64,000 bases of DNA from Candidatus Marinacidobacterales bacterium. GTDB taxonomy: Bacteria > Acidobacteriota > Vicinamibacteria > Marinacidobacterales > SMYC01. Positions within the stretch are counted from its first letter, which is position 1. The number at the start of each line of letters is the position of its first letter. Both the position numbers and the translations under genes were made by a program. A model generated the notes under the pieces. That model saw only the letters and a program-made list of their open reading frames with translations, searched no databases and had not been told where the DNA came from. Location: positions 2,912,001 to 2,976,000 of the forward strand of contig OZ250169.1 in the NCBI GenBank assembly GCA_965237955.1. Direction: 5' to 3'. Below, one piece after another: positions 55,979 through 64,000 of the stretch.

Positions 55979-58447
55979 ATGCTGGATTCCAACACCAAGC
56001 GCCGCATCGACACCGCCCGAGACATCCTGGTCGGCAAGGTTCCGGACCCTAAGAGCCAGGTCGAGCAGATCACCATCGCGCTGATCTACAAGTTCATGGA
56101 CGACATGGACGCCGAGAGCGAGGAGTTCGGCGGGAAGCGCAGCTTCTTCGCCGACGAGTTCGCCCGCTATGGATGGGCCAAGCTGATGCGCGCCGGCCTC
56201 GGCGGCCATGAGACCTTGAACCTCTACGCCGAGGCCATCACCAAGATGCCTGAGAATCCCGGCATTCCACCTTTATTTCGCGATATCTTCAACAACGCCT
56301 ACCTGCCATATCGCGATCCGGAGACCCTTCGCGCCTTTCTAAAAATCATCGACGCGTTCACGTACGACCACTCCGAGCGCCTAGGTGACGCCTTCGAGTA
56401 TCTGCTCTCGGTCCTCGGCTCGCAGGGGGACGCCGGGCAGTTCCGCACCCCGCGCCATATCATTGACTTCATCGTCGCCATCATCGAGCCGAAGAAGGGC
56501 GAAACGGTGCTGGACCCCGCGTGTGGTACCGCCGGATTTCTGATCTCATCCTACAAGCACATCCTTGCCGCCAACACTGACCCGCAAGGCGTCAGCACGC
56601 TGACGCCGGATGACAAGGAGCGGCTAGCGGCGAACTTCAAAGGCTACGACATCTCGCCCGACATGGTGCGCCTGTCTTTGGTGAACATGTACCTGCACGG
56701 CTTTGCTGCCCCGCCTATCTTCGAGTACGACACGCTGACCAGCGAGGAGCGGTGGAACGAGTATGCGGACGTAATTCTGGCGAAGAACCCTCCGTTCATG
56801 TCTCCGAAGGGTGGTATACGGCCGCACAACCGGTTCTCAGTGCAATCCAAGCGGAGTGAGGTGCTGTTCGTGGACTACATGGCCGAGCACCTGACGCCCT
56901 CTGGCCGCGCCGGCATCATCGTGCCCGAGGGAATCATCTTCCAGAGCCAGAACGCCTACAAACAGCTTCGTAAGATGCTGGTAGAGGAATACTTGGTTGC
57001 TGTCGTTTCTTTGCCGGCTGGTGTGTTCAATCCCTATTCGGGCGTCAAGACGTCGATTCTCATCCTCGACAAGTCGCTTGCGAAGAAGACGGATCGTATC
57101 GCCTTCTTGAAGATCGAAAACGACGGTTTCGGTCTGGGCGCTCAGCGGCGCCCCATTGACAAAAATGACATACCGCAGATCCAGACCGAGATTGGCAAGT
57201 ACCTGCAATGGCTGCAAGCGGGGATACCACTAGACGGCTTCCGGCCTGCGCTCGGCCTTTTCGTACCGAAGGAAAAGATCGGCGCGAACGAGGAGTACAA
57301 CCTCAGTGGAGAGCGATATCGGGAAGAAGTAGTGCAATCAAAGCACTTTCCTTGGAGAACGGTGGAATCGCTCGTCGAGACAATCACTCCTCCATTCAAG
57401 ATCCAGAAAGCTGCTTTCGGAAGCAGCGGACGATTTCCCATCATCGATCAATCTCAAGATGCTATCGCAGGCTGGACGGATGATGAGTCCACATTGGTTC
57501 ACCCCACCAAACCGTTGGTTATCTTCGGCGATCACACGTGCGCACTTAAACTGATAGATGCGCCATTCGCACAGGGAGCAGACGGCATTAAAATCTTGCA
57601 AACCGTAGACGCGCTCGACCCACTTTTCCTCTTCCGCGTTCTCCGTGCCAGACCCCTCGAGAGTAGTGGTTATCAGAGGCATTACTCAAAGCTCAGAGAA
57701 CATCAAATCCCTCTGCCGCCGTTGGAGGTACAGAAGGAGATCGTCGCCGAGATCGAGGGTTACCAGAAGGTCATCGACGGTGCCCGCGCCGTCGTCGACC
57801 ATTATAGGCCGCACATTGCCGTAGACCCTGAATGGCCGTTGGTCCCCATTAAAGAGGTGGCGGCGGTTGAGAGTGGCTTCGGCTTCCCGATAGATCGTCA
57901 GGGCCAGAATGATGAGGGGATTCCGTTTCTGAAGGTCAGCGACATGAACCTCCCAGGGAATGAAGTGCGCATCGTGTCATGGAACAATTCTGTCTCACGC
58001 GAAGTCCTGCTCGAGTTGAAGGCAAAGGCGTTTCCCACAGGAACCGTAATCTTTCCGAAGATTGGTGCAGCTATCGCGACGAACAAGAAGCGCATCCTGA
58101 CAAGGGAGTCGACCTACGACAACAACGTAATGGGCATCGTCTCTGACCGCGCCCGTCTCGTGCCTGAATACTTACACACCTATCTTCTTGGCTTCAATCT
58201 TTCACGATGGGCAAGTGACGCGCAGCCACCGTCAATGCGAAAGACGGCGGTGGAAGCCCATGATATTCCCCTCCCGCTCCTCATCATACAGCAAGCCATC
58301 GTAGCTGAGTTCGAAGCCGAGCAGGCGTTGGTCAACGCCAACCGCGAGCTGATTGCCCGCTTCGAGAAGAAGATCAGCGCTGCCATCGGGCGAGTATGGG
58401 GCGAAGCTGAACCCGTCCTGTGCCAAAACTCGGCCCTTTTGAAATAG
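55979..58447 (+). CDS. hsdM: Type I methyltransferase fused to specificity domains (HsdM-HsdS); stop codon supplied by end-1
   Basis: GQFRTP, DPACGTAGF, NPPF; two TRDs with IPLPPLEVQ/IPLPLLIIQ. Confidence 0.88.
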   Translation: MLDSNTKRRIDTARDILVGKVPDPKSQVEQITIALIYKFMDDMDAESEEFGGKRSFFADEFARYGWAKLMRAGLGGHETLNLYAEAITKMPENPGIPPLFRDIFNNAYLPYRDPETLRAFLKIIDAFTYDHSERLGDAFEYLLSVLGSQGDAGQFRTPRHIIDFIVAIIEPKKGETVLDPACGTAGFLISSYKHILAANTDPQGVSTLTPDDKERLAANFKGYDISPDMVRLSLVNMYLHGFAAPPIFEYDTLTSEERWNEYADVILAKNPPFMSPKGGIRPHNRFSVQSKRSEVLFVDYMAEHLTPSGRAGIIVPEGIIFQSQNAYKQLRKMLVEEYLVAVVSLPAGVFNPYSGVKTSILILDKSLAKKTDRIAFLKIENDGFGLGAQRRPIDKNDIPQIQTEIGKYLQWLQAGIPLDGFRPALGLFVPKEKIGANEEYNLSGERYREEVVQSKHFPWRTVESLVETITPPFKIQKAAFGSSGRFPIIDQSQDAIAGWTDDESTLVHPTKPLVIFGDHTCALKLIDAPFAQGADGIKILQTVDALDPLFLFRVLRARPLESSGYQRHYSKLREHQIPLPPLEVQKEIVAEIEGYQKVIDGARAVVDHYRPHIAVDPEWPLVPIKEVAAVESGFGFPIDRQGQNDEGIPFLKVSDMNLPGNEVRIVSWNNSVSREVLLELKAKAFPTGTVIFPKIGAAIATNKKRILTRESTYDNNVMGIVSDRARLVPEYLHTYLLGFNLSRWASDAQPPSMRKTAVEAHDIPLPLLIIQQAIVAEFEAEQALVNANRELIARFEKKISAAIGRVWGEAEPVLCQNSALLK

Positions 58448-58525
58448 ACCATAAATCAGCAGCTTAGTGTCTGTGTTTGCGACCGGGCCAAGGGCCGTAG
58501 GCTTTACAATCGTCTGGCCCGAGGG
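58414..58525 (+). mobile_element. Left end of the end-1 IS
   Basis: Matches 30383..30495. Confidence 0.85.
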
Positions 58526-58532
58526 CGGAGGG

Positions 58533-59094
58533 CGTCCTGTGCCAAAACTCGGCCCTTTTGAAATAGACCACAAATCAGCAGCTTAGACGCCCTTGGAATC
58601 CGCGCAGAATCGAGGGTATTTCGCGCCGCAGGGCTGGCTTCCGACCCCAGAGCAGCGGGTGGCGAGCGACAGGCCCACCGGGGGTGCGCACGGCTGGCTC
58701 AAATCGGCTGCGGGGCGAGCTACGGGCAGTGAACTTCGCACTCGGAAGTCCCTCATTAGACTGGACTTTATCGAGCACAAGAGCGAACGTTCGGGGATGC
58801 CGCAGGATACAGGGGTTGGCCGGAACGTCGGTTTGGACGGTTTGGACTTCGCCAGCTTACGGCGGGTCTGGGAGCAGACCTTTGGGGCTGCTCCTCCAAG
58901 CTCGCTCTCGCGTGTTTTCCTGCGCCGCGTTCTTGCGTACGAACGCCAGTGCCGGACCCTTGGCTGGCATTCGGCCACAACCCGGCGCGCTCTGGCTGCC
59001 ATGGCGAACGGGACGCCAGGCAACGGCGCCGCCGCTCCCGCAGGGTCCGTTTCTGCCGGCACCCATCTCGTCCGTGAGTGGAATGGCCGGACCT
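58533..59094 (+). mobile_element. end-1-capped DUF2924 module, truncated
   Basis: Cut at EWNGRT by end-1 at 59095. Confidence 0.85.
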
Positions 59095-59254
59095 CGTCCT
59101 GTGCCAAAACTCGGCCCTTTTGAAATAGGCCATAAATCAGCAACTTAGTGTCTGTGTTTGCGACCGGGCCAAGGGCCGTGGGCTTTACAATCGTCTTGGG
59201 CGGGCGGGTCGTCACCATGCAGATGACCACCTAGTCGAGAGCGAATATCGAAGC
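59095..59254. mobile_element. Isolated right end of the end-1 IS
   Basis: Matches 51871..52030. Confidence 0.85.
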
Positions 59255-59460
59255 ATCCTCAAATACATCCGCACGACCACCACCTCTTCCGGTTTGCGAG
59301 TACGCGCACACCTTATCCGGCGTCGTTATCCGAAGGGCGTCAAAATCACTGACGAGCGGATGCAGGCGCTTTCCGTTACAAAGGACCAGACTCTACCCAA
59401 ATGGAACTACACCATCCGACCGCCTTGAAAACGGGAACTTATTTTGTCGCCGGCCCTAAG
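59255..59460 (+). mobile_element. ISAzo13-family transposase C-terminus and right end
   Basis: IRTTTTSSGLRVRA...YPKGVKI...PKWNYTIRP. Confidence 0.8.
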
Positions 59461-59572
59461 GGGGCAGCGGCTTCGCCTTCTAGGCCACCCTGTGCCAACG
59501 CGGCATCGCAGGGACTGCCGGTCAAGGCAGTGCAGATCAGCCGTTCGAGGCCCCGTTCGCTGGTGTCGGTCG

Positions 59573-60258
59573 TCACACCGCAGCCTCCTCGGGGGCGGCG
59601 GCGAGGTCGTCGGTGAGGGCATTGGTCTCGTCGCGAGGCTCCGGTTCCTCGGCCTCGTCCGGAAGCCGCGCCGCCGCCTCGCGCACATCGAGCTTCCCGG
59701 TAACTACATCAGCGACCAGGCGGGTGCGGTATTCGCGGAGAAGAGAGAGTTCGCCGTGCGCGAGGTCAATAGCACGCCGTGCGTCTGCCGACTCTTTGCT
59801 GACGACGTCGACGATGCCACGCTGCTCTTCCGGTGGCGGACACAACAACTTGATACGAAGGAACTCTTCCGGGTACATCCTCAGTCGTGACGAGCGGATA
59901 CCCGTTGACCGACGGATGTACTCGCTCTTGTATGGCGCCGTACGCAGCAGAAGGTCGGCGTACTCGCCAAGCAGTCTCGAAGAGCGGTGAGATCGGTAGA
60001 CAGCATACGAGGGACTAACTATTCCAGCCTGCCTAGCAACGCCTAGAGCGGCCATCCAGGCCCACATCGTATTGATGACTAGGTCGCCGGGCTTACACAG
60101 CTTGTGCCCAACGTGTGACACTGCCATGAACATCGTGATGTTCTTCTCACTTCGCGGCGTTACTCCGGTAATGTGAGACACGGACAGCAGTTCCTCTGAA
60201 CCAGTCTCAGAGCGCTCATCCGCTTCCCGGAAGTGCCATTTCGCCGGGCGTAGGTCCC
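59573..60258 (-). pseudogene. hsdS: Type I R-M specificity subunit, C-terminal half
   Basis: GIVSPSY, PPPEEQ, LREYRTRLVADVVTGKLDVR; cut by end-1. Confidence 0.85.
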
Positions 60259-60510
60259 CGTCCTGTGCCAAAACTCAGCCCTTTTGAAATAGACCATTAA
60301 TCAGCAGCTTAGTGTCTGTTGTGCCTTCTATTTATTCATCCGCGCGTCCCGAACTTGATTGATCTTCGGTCTACCAGCACCATGCCGGCATGATTTCGTC
60401 GTTGGTTCCCGCTCTCATCTCTGCCTTCAAGGTTCGTCGCGAGCTAGCTCTCGAGAATGTCACTCTTCGGGAGCAGCTCGCCGTCCTCCACCATTCCGTG
60501 AAACGGCCGC
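60259..60510 (+). mobile_element. end-1 plus end-4 plus degenerate integrase N-terminus
   Basis: MISSLVPALISAFKVRRELALENV. Confidence 0.7.
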
Positions 60511-60789
60511 TGGTTTTGGTGCCGCGTAACCCGCTCGTGTGCTAGAGTTTGAGCCTGATTTCGAGAGACGCAGTTCTTTCGGCGATGCGGGCTGGGCTGA
60601 CCACACGGTGCCTGACGTTCAGAGACACCTTCGTGTGCACGCCGACATCCTCATTAATGGCGTTCGCCGACACAGGCAGGCCAGCTGACACTAGCATTCA
60701 AACACGGCGTAGCAACATATCTGGACTCCTCTAGTCAAGCCCCTTTCTTAATAAATCTTCCATCGAAGCTGCGCATCCATCGCGTCGTG

Positions 60790-61020
60790 ACGAGTGGGTC
60801 AGACTGCAAACGTATCTTCGGCCTCAGTGAGGAGCGTCTTGGGTGCTCCGGGCCATGATGGAAAATCCGCGCGCGAGGAGCCAATCACTTTGAACGACCT
60901 CTTAGGGCCAGTGTTGCTATCGGCTTGACCCCGCGCCGGTCCGACCGGTACGCCATCAGTTGGATGGGTATCGTCGCAGCCTCTTTTGGAAGGGAAAAAG
61001 GAAAACACGAAAGTGGAGCC
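60790..61020 (-). ncRNA. Predicted bridge/seek RNA in the 3' non-coding end of the IS
   Basis: Two internal loops whose strands match the target (AGCAACACT/TCAAAGTG) and the circle junction (TTCCATCAT/AGATA). Confidence 0.7.
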
Positions 61021-61027
61021 TCTAAGT

Positions 61028-62059
61028 CTAAGCGGCCATCGGCGACTGGAATTCACTCTCGCGGGTGGAGACGGCCCAGACGATCCGGGCGAGTTTGTTG
61101 GCGACAGCAATCACGGCCTTGTTGTGTCCCCGCGAGCGGTGGACCTTCCGAGCCCAGGCGCGGAGCTTGTCGGGCGGGCTCTTACTGACGTTCGCCGCGC
61201 GGAGCACGGCGCGCCCGCCCTGGGTGAGGAGCATACGGAGGTAGGAGTCGCCACGCTTGGTGATGCGTCCGAGGCGGCGAATGTCGCCACTGGAGTTTTC
61301 CTTGGGAACTAGGCCGAGGTAGCTCGAGAAGCGGCGCCCCGATGGGAAGCGGCGAAGATCGCCGACGAAGCCCACGATGGCGGTCGCGGTCAGAAGTCCG
61401 ATGCCGGGAATGGCGAGAAGTCGTTGGACTTCAGGAAGCTGCTTGGTGAGCGCCTTGAGCTCGTGCTCGATGCCAGCGCACTTGTCCTTGAGTTCTCGAA
61501 TCTCGGAGCAGGCATCACGGAGATGCGAACGGAGCACGTCGGGCAAATCAGAATCAGCGTCTTCGACGAGTTCGAAGAGGGCGGGCACGACGAAGTGAGC
61601 GCCCTTTGGGATGATGAATCCGAGTTCGCGCAGGATCCCGCGTACGGCATTGATGCGTGCGGTCCGTGTGGAGAGCCATCCTGAGCGCAGGCGATGGAGC
61701 GCGGCGAGGCTGTGCTGGTGCACGGACTTAATGGGCACGGGAAGAATCTCCTCGTTCCTGTAGGCCTCGAGCAACGCTTTGGCGTCGGCGCGGTCGTTCT
61801 TGCTCCCGCGTCGATAGGGCCTCACGAGGTGAGGTGGGAGCAGGACGACGTCGTGTCCCAACCTTCGGAACGTCCTTGCCCAGAAGTGAGCAGAGCCGCA
61901 GGCTTCGAGAAGCACGGTGGCAGCGCTCTGTTTGGCAAAAAACGACACCAACTTGGGTCGACTCACACGGAGTTGCTTGGACACCTTCCCCGCTTCTCCC
62001 GAGATGGCAATCTCGAAGACGTTCTTTGCAAGATCCACAGCGATCGTCGTATCTTTCAT
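61028..62059 (-). CDS. IS110-family DEDD recombinase/transposase
   Basis: AVDLAK, LEACG, KNDRADA, GLVP..NSSG, AVANKLAR. Confidence 0.93.
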   Translation of the reverse strand: MKDTTIAVDLAKNVFEIAISGEAGKVSKQLRVSRPKLVSFFAKQSAATVLLEACGSAHFWARTFRRLGHDVVLLPPHLVRPYRRGSKNDRADAKALLEAYRNEEILPVPIKSVHQHSLAALHRLRSGWLSTRTARINAVRGILRELGFIIPKGAHFVVPALFELVEDADSDLPDVLRSHLRDACSEIRELKDKCAGIEHELKALTKQLPEVQRLLAIPGIGLLTATAIVGFVGDLRRFPSGRRFSSYLGLVPKENSSGDIRRLGRITKRGDSYLRMLLTQGGRAVLRAANVSKSPPDKLRAWARKVHRSRGHNKAVIAVANKLARIVWAVSTRESEFQSPMAA

Positions 62060-62187
62060 TCGGACTCCTCCTTTTCGATGCGTATTCGACTGACTTTGGC
62101 ACATCGATGCCGTCTATGTCAGCGGAGGAGTCCATTCCATCACTTGATGGCGGAAGCACTTGATGGCGGAAGCACCGAATAGAGTCC

Positions 62188-63671
62188 ATGCCGACGGCAA
62201 GAACCAGCGAGAGCCACCCACTGCGCATCACGGCGATGACCCTGGGCGACGGCCGTGGCCGGATCGGCTTCTCGCAGTGCCCCGGTAGGATCGATCACTA
62301 CGCAATATCCGGGCCCTGGAAGCGGGATCTCGACACCGACCTCGACGCGATTCAGCGCTGGGGAGCGACTGCGGTGGTCAGCCTGATCACCCACGAAGAG
62401 ATCCCCGATCTGAAGGTGCACGATCTCCCGAGGGCGGTTCGAGACCGGCACATGGAGTGGTGGCATGCCCCGATTCCCGACGGAGAGGCACCGGAACAGG
62501 ACTTCGAGCACGCCTGGAAGGCCACCGGCGAGTCCATCCGGAACCGGCTGCGGCTCGGCTTCGACGTGCTGCTCCACTGCCGGGGTGGTCTGGGACGCGC
62601 CGGGACCATCACAGCCCGCCTGCTGGTGGAGTTGGGCGTGCAACCGGACGATGCGATCCGCCGCGTGCGCGACGCCCGCGAATGGACCATCGAGAACGGC
62701 TCCCAGCTGGCTCACGTGAGGCAGTGTTCGGCACAAGCACCATCGGTTCCATCCCGGAGACCGCGGACGACATCCACGACCGGGCGCTCGGGGCCTTCCT
62801 CGGTCTGGCGGTGGGCGACGCGGTCGGCACGACGCTCGAATTCTGCTCCCGCGATACGCAGCCGCGTCTAGAAGACATGGTCGGTGGCGGCCCGTTCGAT
62901 CTGCCGGCCGGCGCTTGGACCGACGACACGGCCATGGCGCTGGCCCTTGCCGACAGCCTGGCGGAATCCAAGACGCTCGACTGCCGGGACCTGATGGACC
63001 GTTTCGTGAAGTGGTGGCGAGACGGAGACTACTCGTGGAGCGGAGACTGCTTCGACATCGGAAACACGACCTGCCAAGCGCTCACCCGGTACCTACGGAC
63101 GGGTGACCCGGTCGCGGGTTCGACCGATCCCTTGAGCGCAGGCAACGGCTCGCTGATGCGGCTCGCCCCCGTTGCGCTCCGGTTCAGGCACGACCGGCCG
63201 CGCCTGATCGCAGCAGCCGCCGACCAGTCCCGGACGACCCACGGAGCCGAGGAAGCAGTGGACGCCTGCCGGGCGTTCGGCGAGCTCCTAGCGGACGCCA
63301 TCGCCGGGTCACCGTTCTCGGACGTTCTGGCTCCGAGACGGTTCACGGGAGCGGCGGCAATCACTCAGGTCATAGCCGGCAGCTGGCGAGGACGGACACG
63401 GGATACGATCCGCTCCAGCGGGTACGTCGTTCACACGCTCGAAGCCGCCATCTGGTCAGTCGCCCGCACCGGAGACTTCCGCAGCGCGGTGCTGCTCGCG
63501 GCCAACCTGGCCGACGACGCCGATACGGTAGCAGCAGTGACGGGGCAGCTCGCCGGCGCCCTCTACGGCCTGAACGCCATCCCCGACCACTGGCGGGAAC
63601 GCGTTGCCTGGAAGGATCGACTCCTGGCAGCGGCGCGGCGGTTGCTGTCGGAACCCCTTGCCGACCGGTAG
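62188..63671 (+). pseudogene. CDKN3-like dual-specificity phosphatase fused to ADP-ribosylglycohydrolase; one frameshift near 62740
   Basis: HCRGGLGRAG; GDAVG, WTDDT, GNGSLMR, DADT. Confidence 0.85.
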
Positions 63672-63689
63672 AAGTTGGGTGGGTAGCCG

Positions 63690-63778
63690 AAGCACGGCTC
63701 TTGACCCGGTCGCAAACACAGACACTAAGCTGCTGATATTATGGTCTGTTTCAAAAGGCCGAGTTTTGGCACAGGACG
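63690..63778 (-). repeat. Degenerate end-1 arm
   Basis: gcaaacacagacactaagctgctg...ggcacaggacg. Confidence 0.85.
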
Positions 63779-63946
63779 GGATAGACTTTTTGCGGAGCAC
63801 ACCTGACGATGAGGGAACTGTGTCTTCAGAATTCTGGTTCAAACTCTAGCACGCGAGCGGATTACGCGGCGGCCACCAACACTTTGATGGCGGAAGCACC
63901 CGCCGATCTTCTTTTTTGCGGATCACAGGTAGCGAGGAGTAGCGCA

Positions 63947-64000
63947 TGACGTCGTCCGTGGAAGAGATCACGGTTACCTGTCCGGACTGCGGACATGTCT
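63947..64000 (+). CDS. Small zinc-ribbon-like protein, 3'-partial
   Basis: RBS gaggag; MTSSVEEITVTCPDCGHV. Confidence 0.5.

Larger units (their letters stand above)
60718..62142 (-). mobile_element. IS1111-type IS110 element inserted into an end-5 repeat
   Basis: Subterminal IR TGGACTCCTC; CA core at both junctions; removal restores agcaacacttgatggcggaagcac. Confidence 0.85.

Noticed and set aside
1401-63778. end-1 as CRISPR repeats or integron attC sites
   Set aside because: Both orientations, irregular kb-scale spacing, no cas or intI gene, no attC palindrome; it is the TIR of an IS.
1-64000. tRNA, rRNA or prophage structural genes
   Set aside because: None recognisable by eye.

Overview
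GC-rich bacterial DNA. An Acidobacteriota-like host is inferred from the cargo genes only. The window is a mosaic of short host-gene segments, many cut mid-gene, stitched together by mobile-element ends. One ~55-100 bp terminal repeat (CGTCCTGTGCCAAAACTCGGCCCTTTTGAAATAGRCCAYAAATCAGCAGCTTAG, 'end-1') occurs about 36 times by eye, 18 per strand. It is the terminal inverted repeat of a 1.43-kb IS encoding an rve-type DDE integrase (3 full-length copies). It also caps a multi-copy DUF2924/large serine recombinase module, several MITEs with hybrid ends and many truncated genes. It abuts a CC/CCG target motif with no target duplication. At least four other end families are interleaved with it. Also present: an IS1111-type IS110 whose predicted bridge RNA has guides matching its own circle junction and the terminal repeat of another resident element; IS5, IS3 and ISAzo13 copies; three group II intron 3' remnants; a UGA/SECIS peroxiredoxin; an alpha carbonic anhydrase; a type I R-M locus with fused M-S; and a phosphatase/ADP-ribosylglycohydrolase fusion. 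All coordinates and counts were read by eye.
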